Positions 1 to 8,383 of a stretch of DNA of 17,523 bases are shown here, in pieces. Numbering within the stretch: position 1 is the stretch's first letter; each line of letters begins with the position of its first letter. The position numbers and the translations under genes are program-made. Origin of the DNA: Planctomycetota bacterium (GTDB taxonomy: Bacteria > Planctomycetota > UBA11346). The notes under the pieces are model-generated. The model saw only the letters and a list, made by a program, of their open reading frames with translations, was not told the DNA's origin and made no database searches. The stretch is from positions 1 to 17,523 of the forward strand of contig JBBRLJ010000067.1 in NCBI GenBank assembly GCA_038231435.1. The letters are read 5' to 3'.

Positions 1-46
1 CCCGGGAAGAAACGGATTGGGTGGACGGTGGTGCTCAGAAGAAACG

Positions 47-83
47 AGACAATCCCCGGGGTTTCCCCGGGGCTTGTCTTTTT
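47..83. terminator. Probable bidirectional intrinsic terminator
   Basis: AGACAA-t-CCCCGGGG-TTT-CCCCGGGG-c-TTGTCT hairpin, followed by a T-run on + and preceded by A-rich sequence; lies downstream of the minus-strand rhomboid gene. Confidence 0.65.
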
Positions 84-87
84 AGTC

Positions 88-206
88 AGGGGCTTAGCAC
101 CGAAGGCCCTGCGGGCCTACCCCACGCGGCTTTGTCGCGGCACGGTTTCGTCGGAGCCGACGAAACCGTGGGCGGATGGGCTACGCCCATTGTATCCGCC
201 CACCGC
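88..206 (+). repeat. Multi-hairpin REP-like repeat, copy 1
   Basis: Shares GGCCTACCCCACG, GGCTTTGTCG, CGGTTTC, AAACCGTGGGCGGATGGG and CCCATTGTATCCGCCCACCGC with 17112-17232; contains several perfect hairpins. Confidence 0.85.
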
Positions 207-318
207 AACTTGGCGCCCGGCTTCGGGAACTATTGGTATTTCTGGTAGGCCTGAAGCACGACCAGATCCGTTGGTCGTTTGAGGTTTCTCGCCTCCAGTC
301 TTCTTACTGTAGTCCGCG

Positions 319-927
319 CTACGCCTTCTCCTTGCGTAGATGCCACGCCGCCGAGAGGCCGCCGAGCAAGCCGCCCAGGTGCATCTGCCAACTGATCGGC
401 ACCGTCTGGGATGAGGCAGACTGCGGCAGTGCCGCGGGCAGGGCGCCTGCGAACAGCACCGCGGTCACCACACCGATGAGCAGGGGCAGGAAACCGCGGC
501 GGAATACGCCGTTGCCGATCAGGAAACCGATCAGCCCGAAGATCACGCCGCTCGCTCCAACATGGCACGAATTGGCGTCGCCTATGGCCCAAGTAAGGAT
601 GCCCGAATACAGGACCGAGTAGCCGACGGCGGCCACGGTCAGCTTGCGGCTGTAGCTGCAGCAGATCCAGCCGAGCACCGCGAGCGCGAGCGAGTTGGCC
701 ATGAGGTGCGCCCAGCCGGCGTGCATCAGCGGCGCGGTCGGGATGCAGAGCAGGCCGTGGATGGTGCGCGGCACGATGCCCAGCCGCACGTCGAGCCAGC
801 CGCCGGTGTAGCCGTGACCGGGCTCCTCGATGCGCGTCACGATCACGTCGGTCAGCTCGATCAGCCACAGCAGCGCGATCCATGCCGTGACCGCGGCCAA
901 TCCGCTCGGCTCCTTCTTCGTGGCCAT
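319..927 (-). CDS. Rhomboid-family intramembrane serine protease (202 aa)
   Basis: Multiple hydrophobic segments, HAGWAHLMAN motif, catalytic GASG and a C-terminal HLGG. Start taken at MATKK (ATG at 927); the longer ORF overlaps the next gene. Confidence 0.9.
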   Translation of the reverse strand: MATKKEPSGLAAVTAWIALLWLIELTDVIVTRIEEPGHGYTGGWLDVRLGIVPRTIHGLLCIPTAPLMHAGWAHLMANSLALAVLGWICCSYSRKLTVAAVGYSVLYSGILTWAIGDANSCHVGASGVIFGLIGFLIGNGVFRRGFLPLLIGVVTAVLFAGALPAALPQSASSQTVPISWQMHLGGLLGGLSAAWHLRKEKA

Positions 928-952
928 GATGGCGGATGTCCTCTCTAGACGG

Positions 953-981
953 CGACACCCAGGAGATCGTCCTGGGTGTCG
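953..981. other. 12-bp perfect intergenic hairpin
   Basis: CGACACCCAGGA-GATCG-TCCTGGGTGTCG between the OmpA-family and rhomboid genes; no U-tract on the coding strand. Confidence 0.6.
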
Positions 982-995
982 GGCGGCACTTTTTG

Positions 996-1039
996 CCCGC
1001 TGATGTCCCGCTGATGTCCCGCAGACGTCCCGCGGATCA
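996..1039. repeat. 11-bp tandem repeat, 4 degenerate units
   Basis: CCCGCTGATGT CCCGCTGATGT CCCGCAGACGT CCCGCGGATCA; the last unit contains the stop codon of the OmpA-family gene. Confidence 0.8.
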
Positions 1040-1663
1040 GTGCTTCGGGATGACGACGATCTCGACGCGGCGGTTCTTCGACTTGTTCGCCTCGCTGGTG
1101 TTGGGCACCTTGGTGCGCTGCTCGCCGAAGCCGGCGAAGCCGAGGTCGGCGGCGTTGACGCCATGGTCGAGCAGGTAGTGCAGCACGGCCTGGGCCCGGC
1201 CGCCAGAGAGATCCCAGTTATCGTCCCACTTGTCCTTGGTGCGCGAGATCTTGGAGTTGTCGGTGAAGCCGTCGACGCGGACCAGGTGGTTCGGGTATTC
1301 CTTCTGGATGACTGCGATCACGCGCGAGAGGGTGGCCTTGGCTTCGCTGGTCAGCTTGGCCGAGCCCGGCGCAAAGAGGACATTGCTCTCGATGGAAAGC
1401 ACGTGCTCCATCGGGCGGTCGCTGATGTCAACGCCCGGGAGGGCGGCATGCTGCGCGCCGACGTGGTCGTTGCCGGCCGCCTGATAGATGCTGTCGACCT
1501 TGCGCTTCTCGCAGGCATCGAGCTGGGCCTCGAGATCCCGGATCTCCTTCTTCAACTCGTCGACTTCGACCTTCTTGTAGTTGAGGTCGCGGGCGCCGCA
1601 GCCGGTGAGGTTGATGGTGGCGATGACTGCAAGGCCCATCGCAAGGACTCGGTACGTGCTCAT
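1037..1663 (-). CDS. OmpA/MotB C-terminal-domain lipoprotein
   Basis: Signal peptide with lipobox LTGC, a coiled-coil, then VLFAPGSA..VDGFTDN..NWDLSGGRAQAV..GFGEQR..KNRRVEIVV, an OmpA-like peptidoglycan-binding domain. Confidence 0.88.
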   Translation of the reverse strand: MSTYRVLAMGLAVIATINLTGCGARDLNYKKVEVDELKKEIRDLEAQLDACEKRKVDSIYQAAGNDHVGAQHAALPGVDISDRPMEHVLSIESNVLFAPGSAKLTSEAKATLSRVIAVIQKEYPNHLVRVDGFTDNSKISRTKDKWDDNWDLSGGRAQAVLHYLLDHGVNAADLGFAGFGEQRTKVPNTSEANKSKNRRVEIVVIPKH

Positions 1664-1690
1664 AAGGGCCGCATTTAAGCGAACGATGAC

Positions 1691-1729
1691 ATTTTAGCAA
1701 GACCGTTCCAAAGCGGGCAGGTGGAACGG
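1691..1729 (-). promoter_or_regulatory. Putative extended -10 promoter with overlapping inverted repeat
   Basis: Minus strand TG-C-TAAAAT (1699-1691) about 28 nt upstream of the ATG; perfect inverted repeat CCGTTCCA-N11-TGGAACGG at 1703-1729. Confidence 0.45.
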
Positions 1730-1759
1730 AGGCAATGGGTTAGAACCCGGGAGCCAGGA

Positions 1760-1855
1760 AGCGGACAGCGCAAAGCGGAAAGCGGAAAGTCGAGAGCCGG
1801 ACGGGGGCGGCGGGGGTGGAAATAGGGAGCGGAAAGCGAAAGCGCAGAGACGGAC
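1760..1855. repeat. Degenerate heptamer tandem repeats (AGCGGAA-like)
   Basis: AGCGGAC AGCGCAA AGCGGAA AGCGGAA AGTCGAG AGCCGGA at 1760-1801 and a second run from 1828; intergenic, downstream of leuB. Confidence 0.7.
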
Positions 1856-1936
1856 AGAGTGGGAAGCCCTGGCCTTGCCAGGCGCCGTCCGCGTCCGCCT
1901 CAGAGCCGCACTGCCTGCTGGGCCATTCGTCGAGCC

Positions 1937-3016
1937 TCAGAGCTTGCGCAGCCGCTCCACCACCGCGTCGCCCATCTTCACGGTATCGACCATGGTCGAG
2001 CCGGGCTGCTTGATGTCGCCGGTGCGTAGGCCGTCCTTGAGGACGGCGCGGATCGCGCGGTCGATGAGCAGCGCTTCGTGCTCGAGTTTCAGGCCGTAAC
2101 GCATCATCAACCCGACGGTGCCGATCATCGCCAGCGGATTGGCCTTCTTCTGGCCGGCAATGTCGGGAGCCGAACCATGGATGGGCTCGAAGAAGCCGAC
2201 CGGGCCGCCGACCGAGGCCGAGGCGAGCATGCCGATCGAGCCGGTGAGCTGGCTGGCCTCGTCGGAGAGGATGTCGCCGAAGATGTTGCCGGTGACGATG
2301 ACGTCGAACTGGCGCGGATCGCGGATCAGCTGCATCGCGGCGTTGTCGACGTACATGTGCGAGAGCTGCACGTCGGCGAAGTCCTTGCCGATGGCGATGG
2401 CGGTGTCGCGCCACAGCTGGCTCGACTCGAGCACATTCGCCTTGTCGACCGAGCACAGCTTCTTGCGCCGAGTGCGCGCGATCTCGAAGGCCATGCGCAC
2501 GATGCGCTCGATCTCGTAGACGTGGTAGACCTCGGTGTTGAAGCCCTTGCGCTCGCGACCCTCGCCGCTGATGCCGCGTGGCTGACCGAAGTAGATGCCG
2601 CCGGTGAGCTCGCGGACCACCATGATGTCGGTGCCCTTGAGCACCTCGGGCTTGATGGTGCTCGCATCGAGCAGTTCGTCGTACACCGCCGCCGGGCGCA
2701 GGTTGGCGAACGCGCCGAGCTCCTTGCGCAGCTTCAAGAGGCCGGCCTCGGGCTTGATGTGGTGGGGCACCTTCTCCCACTTCGGCCCGCCGATGGCTCC
2801 AAACAGCAACGCATGCGAATCCTTGACACCTTTGAGCGTATCGTCGGGAAGCGGCACGCCGTGCGCATCGATGGCCGCGCCGCCAGCGATGTAGTCCTTG
2901 GTGGTGAAGACATGACCGCACTTCTCGCCCAGGACCTTGAGCACCTTCAGGCCTTCGACGCCAACCTCGGGTCCGATGCCGTCGCCGTGGATGACCGAGA
3001 TGGTGTAGTTCGCCAT
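1937..3016 (-). CDS. leuB: 3-isopropylmalate dehydrogenase (359 aa)
   Basis: GDGIGPEV, LFGAIGGPKW, LLKLRKELGAFANLRP, RELTGGIYFG, VDKANVL, NIFGDILSDEAS and EPIHGSAPDIAG motifs; start MANYTI at 3016. Confidence 0.97.
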   Translation of the reverse strand: MANYTISVIHGDGIGPEVGVEGLKVLKVLGEKCGHVFTTKDYIAGGAAIDAHGVPLPDDTLKGVKDSHALLFGAIGGPKWEKVPHHIKPEAGLLKLRKELGAFANLRPAAVYDELLDASTIKPEVLKGTDIMVVRELTGGIYFGQPRGISGEGRERKGFNTEVYHVYEIERIVRMAFEIARTRRKKLCSVDKANVLESSQLWRDTAIAIGKDFADVQLSHMYVDNAAMQLIRDPRQFDVIVTGNIFGDILSDEASQLTGSIGMLASASVGGPVGFFEPIHGSAPDIAGQKKANPLAMIGTVGLMMRYGLKLEHEALLIDRAIRAVLKDGLRTGDIKQPGSTMVDTVKMGDAVVERLRKL

Positions 3017-3139
3017 GCGCGTGCTCCGGGGGAGCGCAGCACCGTAGCGGCCACCGCGCGCGGGCAAGGCGGCGCATTCCGTCCTAGTCCGGCCCGATTC
3101 GTCCCATTGGTCGGCTGGGCGCCTCCCTACGCTGCCGCG

Positions 3140-6100
3140 ATGCCGCTGTACCCGAAAAATTCCGCCACCGCGCTCGACCAGGCGCTCTTCCAGGATCCCA
3201 CCGCGGAGTACCGCGGCACACCGTTCTGGAGCTGGAACTGCACGCTCGACCGCGCGCGACTGCTGCGCCAGATCGACTCGCTCAAGGAGATGGGCATGGG
3301 CGGATTCCACATGCATTCGCGCGTGGGACTCACCAGCGAGTACCTGGGCGAGGAGTTCATGGGCCACATCACCGCCTGCGTGGCGAAGGCCAAGCAGGAG
3401 GGGATGCTCGCGTGGCTGTACGACGAGGACCGCTGGCCGTCCGGTTCAGCGGGCGGGATGGTGACCAAGGATCCTAAGCACCAGGCCAAGCAGCTGGTGC
3501 TGACCGCGAAGCCCGAGTTCGATCGCGGAACCGCGCCCTACATCGCCGGAGTCGCCAAGACCATCGCCCGCTACGCCGTGAAACTGGTCGCGGGCATGCT
3601 CGCATCATACCGTCGCCTGAAGGACGGCGAGGCGGCACCCGCGGACACGGTGTTGTGGACCGCCGGCGTGCGCACGACCTGGCACAATCCCTGGTTCAAC
3701 AACCAGACCTACGTCGACACCCTGAGCAAGCCGGCGATCGAGAAGTTCATCGAGATCACCCATGAGCGCTACCGCAAGGCGGTCGGCGCCGAGTTCGGCA
3801 AGACGGTGCCTTCCATCTTCACCGACGAGCCGGCCTTCGAGGCGTTCTGCTCGCTGAAATCCGCGGATGCCCGCGACGACGTCATCATGTCGTGGACCGA
3901 CGATTTCCTCGACACCTACCGCGCGGCCTGGAAGGAGGATCTCCTCGATTTCCTGCCCGAGCTGGTCTGGGAGCTGCCCGGCGGCAAGGCCTCGCGCGCG
4001 CGCTGGCGCTACCATGACCACAACGCCGAGCGCTTCGCCTCGGCGTTTGCCGATACCATCGGCGCATGGTGCGACCGGCACGGCATCCTCTTCACCGGCC
4101 ACATGATGGAGGAGCACACGCTGTGGAGCCAGACGCGGATGATCGGCGAGGCGATGCGCTCGTACCGCGGCTTCTCGCTCCCCGGCATCGACATGCTCTG
4201 CGACGCGATCGAGCTCTCGACCGCCAAGCAGGCGCAGAGCGCCTCGCGGCAGTACGGCCGGCCAGGGGTGATGAGCGAGCTCTACGGCGTCACTGGCTGG
4301 GACTTCGATTTCACCGGCCATAAGCGTCAGGGCGATTGGCAGGCGGCGCTCGGCATCACCGTGCGCGTGCCGCACCTGTCGTGGGTGTCGATGGGCGGCG
4401 AGGCCAAGCGCGACTATCCAGCGGCCATCGACGAGCACTCGCCGTGGCATCGCGAGTATCCGCTGGTCGAGAACCACTTCGCCCGCCTGAATACCGCGCT
4501 CACGCGCGGCCGCGCGGTTTGCCGCGTCGGCGTCATCCATCCCATCGAATCGTACTGGCTGTCGTGGGGGCCGCAGGACCAGACCCGCGTCGACCGCGAC
4601 GCGCGCGAACAGACCTTCAAGGACGTCATCCGCTGGCTGCTGCACGGCCTGGTCGACTTCGACTTCGTCTGCGAGAGCCTGCTGCCGTCGCTGAGCCCGC
4701 TCGAGGCGTCGAAGGACAAGGCCAAGGCCGGCCCCGGCGCCAAGAGCCTCCAGGTCGGCGAGATGGCCTATGAGACGGTCATCGTTCCCGGCATGCGCAC
4801 CATCCGCTCGAGCACCCTCGACCGCCTCGAGGCGATGGTCGCCGGCGGCGGTCGCGTGGTGTTCGCCGGCGAGATCCCGTCGTTGGTCGATGCCGAGCCG
4901 AGCCAGCGCGCCCGCGCGCTCGCCGAGCGCTGCCTGCGCATCGGCATCAGCTGCGCGGAACTGCTCGCCGCCGTGGATCCGGTGCGTGACATCGAGATGC
5001 GCGTGGCGTGGGGCGGCGACGGTCTCCTCCACCAGCTGCGTGAGGACGGCGCCAGCCGCTGGCTGTTCGTCTGCAACACCAACCGCGATCACGGCGCCGG
5101 GTTGACCCTGGCGATCCGCGGCGCATGGCGGGTGACCCGCTTCGATACCTTCACCGGCTCGACCGAGCCGCTGGCGACCGCCGCGAAGGACGGTCGCACC
5201 GAGCTGTGGTGGGAATGCCCGCCCGCCGGCCATCTGCTGATGCGCCTGGATCGCGCCACGGCCGCGGACACCGTCATCCCGGTGGCGAAGAACCTCGCCT
5301 GGAAGGAAGCGGCGCGCCTGGCCGATCCCATCCCCGTCACCTTATCCGAACCGAACGTGCTGCTCCTGGATCGCGCCGAGTTCCGCGTCGGCGACGGGCC
5401 GTGGGAGAACGCCGAGGAAGTGCTGCGCATCGGCAATCTGGTGCGTGACCGCATCGGGCTGCCGCACCGCAAGGGCGGCATGGCCCAGCCGTGGGTCGAT
5501 CCGGTCGAGGCGCCGAGGCACCGCGTGACGCTGCGCGTGCGCTTCGATACCGCGGTAGCCGTGGCTAAGCCGCGGCTCGCGCTCGAAGGCTTGGATCTCG
5601 CCACCGTGCGGTTGGATGGTCATCAGCTGCCGCACCAAGCGACCTCCTGGTGGGTCGACGAGGCCATCCAGACCCTGCCGCTGCCGGATCTGCTCCCGGG
5701 GGCGCACGTGATCGAGATCGAGCAGCCCTTCGGCCGTGCGACCGATCTCGAATGGATGTACCTGCTCGGCGACTTCGGCGTCGAGCTGCGCGGCCGCCAC
5801 GCGCGCATCGTCGCTCCCGTGCGCGAGCTCGCGTTCGGTGATTGGACCCGGCAGGGTCTGCCGTTCTATGCCGGCAACGTCACCTACCACTGCGTGCTCA
5901 ACGCTCCAGGTGGGCGCCTGGCCCTGCGCGTGCCTCAGTTCAAGGCGCCGCTGCTGGTAGCCCAGCTCGATGGTAAACGCGTCGGCCCGATCGCGTTCCC
6001 ACCGTACCAGCTGGATCTCGGCGAGCCGAAGGCGGGCGAGCACCGGCTCGACCTCACCGCTTTCGGCAGCCGCGTGAACGCATTCACCTGCCTGCATCAC

Positions 6101-6268
6101 ACCGATGCGAATCTGCGCTGGGTGGGCCCGGATGCCTGGCGGTCGCAGGGGGATTGGTGGTGCGACGAGTATCAGGTGAGGGCGTGCGGGTTATTGACGG
6201 CACCGCGGGTGATGGCGATCGAGCAGAAGCAGGGAGATGGTGGGGGGCATAAGCCGATCCATCAGTGA
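3140..6268 (+). CDS. Large glycoside hydrolase, GH106 (alpha-L-rhamnosidase)-like, with C-terminal beta-sandwich domains (1042 aa)
   Basis: RGTPFWSWN, GMGGFHMHSRVGL, WLYDEDRWPSGSAGG, IFTDEP, PGIDML, SELYG and KRDYP motifs, plus C-terminal GDWTRQGLPFYAG; no signal peptide. Start at 3140, because the upstream part of the ORF is antisense to leuB. Confidence 0.82.
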   Translation: MPLYPKNSATALDQALFQDPTAEYRGTPFWSWNCTLDRARLLRQIDSLKEMGMGGFHMHSRVGLTSEYLGEEFMGHITACVAKAKQEGMLAWLYDEDRWPSGSAGGMVTKDPKHQAKQLVLTAKPEFDRGTAPYIAGVAKTIARYAVKLVAGMLASYRRLKDGEAAPADTVLWTAGVRTTWHNPWFNNQTYVDTLSKPAIEKFIEITHERYRKAVGAEFGKTVPSIFTDEPAFEAFCSLKSADARDDVIMSWTDDFLDTYRAAWKEDLLDFLPELVWELPGGKASRARWRYHDHNAERFASAFADTIGAWCDRHGILFTGHMMEEHTLWSQTRMIGEAMRSYRGFSLPGIDMLCDAIELSTAKQAQSASRQYGRPGVMSELYGVTGWDFDFTGHKRQGDWQAALGITVRVPHLSWVSMGGEAKRDYPAAIDEHSPWHREYPLVENHFARLNTALTRGRAVCRVGVIHPIESYWLSWGPQDQTRVDRDAREQTFKDVIRWLLHGLVDFDFVCESLLPSLSPLEASKDKAKAGPGAKSLQVGEMAYETVIVPGMRTIRSSTLDRLEAMVAGGGRVVFAGEIPSLVDAEPSQRARALAERCLRIGISCAELLAAVDPVRDIEMRVAWGGDGLLHQLREDGASRWLFVCNTNRDHGAGLTLAIRGAWRVTRFDTFTGSTEPLATAAKDGRTELWWECPPAGHLLMRLDRATAADTVIPVAKNLAWKEAARLADPIPVTLSEPNVLLLDRAEFRVGDGPWENAEEVLRIGNLVRDRIGLPHRKGGMAQPWVDPVEAPRHRVTLRVRFDTAVAVAKPRLALEGLDLATVRLDGHQLPHQATSWWVDEAIQTLPLPDLLPGAHVIEIEQPFGRATDLEWMYLLGDFGVELRGRHARIVAPVRELAFGDWTRQGLPFYAGNVTYHCVLNAPGGRLALRVPQFKAPLLVAQLDGKRVGPIAFPPYQLDLGEPKAGEHRLDLTAFGSRVNAFTCLHHTDANLRWVGPDAWRSQGDWWCDEYQVRACGLLTAPRVMAIEQKQGDGGGHKPIHQ

Positions 6269-6368
6269 CGGCGGGCCGGAGAGAGAGGGGGAGAGGTTAA
6301 GAGACGTACTGGGCAGGCGCGCAGCCAGCCTCATCTTCTCAAACGTCGCCGATCCCCACACTCCCTCG

Positions 6369-7400
6369 ATGTCCTCACGTTCCCAGCTCGCCACTGTGCT
6401 CGCCGACAACCGAGCGCATGACATGGTCGTCGGTCCTGGTGGGAACAATCACGTTCCCATGGTCCTCATCGCGCTGCAGCGCATGGGCGCCGACGAGTCC
6501 ACGATCGAGCGTTACGTCCAGAGCGTGCGGAGCCGGGCTGGAGGGGCCCCGCTCGCCGCTCCGGATATCGCCGAGATCCACACTGAAGATGTCACAAACT
6601 ATCTGGGTCATTTCGCCGCATTTCCCCTCTTCGTCGCGTACTTCGAGCGGCGCAAAAAGGAACTCGGCGTGGAGGAGATGCTCAGCGCCAGCATCCCCAT
6701 CTTGATGAACGGCGTGATGGGCCACGCCTTTCACCCTCTGCTGCGCCTGGGCTATGCGCTCGATCTCGGAGACGAGGACGAGGTCGTCTACGCGCTGGCG
6801 TATTGGGCGGCGGCCTATGCTCCCAGCCCCGGTGTCGCTGCCACCGCGCCGCCGATCGATGCTCGGACCCAGCTCGCCGAGATCCAGGAGGCTTTCAGCG
6901 GGCCCGATGCCGGTGCCAAAGCGCTGACGGGAAACATCCAGCAGCGCATCCAGGACATCTACGTCCAGCCGCGCTTCTCGAGCCGATTGCAGCCGATCCT
7001 CGCGCCGCCTGATCGTCCGCTGATCGAGATCTCGGCGCTGATTCTCGATCTCTTCACCAGGGTCCACCACTTCACGATCCTGCACGCCGTGACCAGTTGC
7101 CAGGCCCTGCGGTTGGTGCTTCCCCACGTACGCGATCCGGCGCCAGCCATCAGCGCGTATTGGCATTCGATCTGCGCGGCTTCACTGACGGTTCCAGTAC
7201 CTGCGCCCGGAGCAGTGGCTCCGATCGCGGCAGATTCGGACCGGGACTGGGATCGGTTGTGGTCCACGGCCATCGCCAGCGGCAATGAGCACACCATCAA
7301 GTTGGCGTACACCTGCCGGCTGGAGGCGGAATTCTACGGGAGGCCGGAATATTTTGGCATCGCGGCCAGGGAATGCGCGACGCCGGCCCGGTTCGGCTGA
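6369..7400 (+). CDS. Questin oxidase family (DUF4243) protein (343 aa)
   Basis: NHVPMVLIALQRMGA, GHAFHPLLRLGYA, HFTILHAVT and EHTIKLAY match the family's conserved His/Lys motifs. Confidence 0.8.
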   Translation: MSSRSQLATVLADNRAHDMVVGPGGNNHVPMVLIALQRMGADESTIERYVQSVRSRAGGAPLAAPDIAEIHTEDVTNYLGHFAAFPLFVAYFERRKKELGVEEMLSASIPILMNGVMGHAFHPLLRLGYALDLGDEDEVVYALAYWAAAYAPSPGVAATAPPIDARTQLAEIQEAFSGPDAGAKALTGNIQQRIQDIYVQPRFSSRLQPILAPPDRPLIEISALILDLFTRVHHFTILHAVTSCQALRLVLPHVRDPAPAISAYWHSICAASLTVPVPAPGAVAPIAADSDRDWDRLWSTAIASGNEHTIKLAYTCRLEAEFYGRPEYFGIAARECATPARFG

Positions 7401-7434
7401 GAACCGCGTCCGCGGTCTGCGAACGTCGGCGATG

Positions 7435-8238
7435 CTAGGGTTCGGGCTCAGCGACCATGTTCGACCGGCGCCGTGACTGCCGCAACGATCCCGGTGGCTG
7501 CCCAGTGATCTGGCGGAAGGCGCGCGAGAGCTGGAACTCGTCAGCGAATCCGACCCGGGGCGCGATCGAGCGCAGCGGCTGCTCGGTGGCGAGCAGCAGG
7601 GTGCGCGCGGCCTCGACGCGCATGCGCCGCACGTACTGCATCGGCGAGCGCCCGGTGGCCTTGAGGAACAGGCGGGCGAAATGGAAACGGCTCATCGCCG
7701 CGACCCGTGCCAGATCGTCGAGATAGATCGGTTGGGCGAGGTGGTCGCGGATCCACGCGCGCACCTCCACCACCATCGGATCCGGAGGGCCCGAACCGGC
7801 GGCAGCGTATTCGAGCAGCAACGCGTGCATCAGCGCGGCGAGATTGACGTCGCGCTCGCGATCCTGGGCCGAGCACAGCTCGACCATCCAGTCGAGCAGC
7901 ATGCGCATGCGGCCGGTGCGGTCGCTGGTCGATATCGGCATGCTCTCGAGCGATGCCCCGGGCGCCTCCTTCCAGGTCGCGAACACCAGCCCGCCGCGCT
8001 TGCCGTCGAGCAGGCGCTCGTCGTGGCCGATGCGGTTGCGGTGGAACTTGATGCCGCCGGGTCCGGTGACGATGGAGCGTCCGTCGGAATAGTCGGTCTG
8101 GACGCGGCCAGAGGTCACCAATACCAGTTCGTGGTGCTCCTCGTGCGAATGCATGGCCATGCGCCACCCGGCCTCCAACTGGATGCTGGATGCCGACCAG
8201 ACGGATGGCAGGACGGGCGGCAAGGCGTTGCTGGCCAT
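7435..8238 (-). CDS. AraC-family transcriptional regulator with cupin sensor domain (267 aa)
   Basis: HSHEEHHELVLVTSG cupin; LDDLARVAAMSRFHFARLF and GFADEFQLSRAFRQITGQPP double HTH; start MASNAL. Confidence 0.92.
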   Translation of the reverse strand: MASNALPPVLPSVWSASSIQLEAGWRMAMHSHEEHHELVLVTSGRVQTDYSDGRSIVTGPGGIKFHRNRIGHDERLLDGKRGGLVFATWKEAPGASLESMPISTSDRTGRMRMLLDWMVELCSAQDRERDVNLAALMHALLLEYAAAGSGPPDPMVVEVRAWIRDHLAQPIYLDDLARVAAMSRFHFARLFLKATGRSPMQYVRRMRVEAARTLLLATEQPLRSIAPRVGFADEFQLSRAFRQITGQPPGSLRQSRRRSNMVAEPEP

Positions 8239-8277
8239 GGCGATGTGGCTATCAGGATCGCCACCGGGTCTGTGAAA

Positions 8278-8340
8278 GCAAGAAAAGACAAAAGATGCGC
8301 AACCGGCGGTATGTCGGTTGAAAAAATACCTGCGTACAAT
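8278..8340 (+). promoter_or_regulatory. Putative AraC-activated promoter of the dehydrogenase operon
   Basis: AT-rich divergon; GCAA boxes at 8278 and 8299 (21-bp period); TACAAT -10 at 8335-8340 with no properly spaced consensus -35. Confidence 0.4.
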
Positions 8341-8383
8341 CAGCGCCAGCATCACCACCACAGCACCAAGGATCGAGCATTCC

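Noticed and set aside
21..282. Short ORFs over the repeat regions (also 17153-17457)
   Set aside because: They are translations of palindromic repeat DNA; their mutual similarity reflects the repeat, not a protein family.
1037..1663. Calling this gene motB or pal
   Set aside because: It lacks the MotB TM/Asp motif and a motA partner, and there is no tol context; only the family-level call is supported.
1696..1710. Sigma-54-like TGGAACGGTCTTGCT on the minus strand upstream of the OmpA-family gene
   Set aside because: GG-to-GC spacing is 9 nt rather than the strictly required 10.
2078..3139. N-terminal 354 aa of the 1396-aa ORF
   Set aside because: It is mostly the antisense shadow of leuB; recognisable glycosidase sequence begins at ATG 3140.
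3605..5233. Long antisense and alternative-frame ORFs (also 1040-1678, 1740-3077, 9409-10518, 12586-13695, 14442-15233, 15978-17111)
   Set aside because: They overlap well-supported genes, lack recognisable motifs and are expected in high-GC DNA.
8318..8340. TTGAAA...TACAAT as a canonical sigma-70 -35/-10 pair
   Set aside because: The spacer is only 11 bp.
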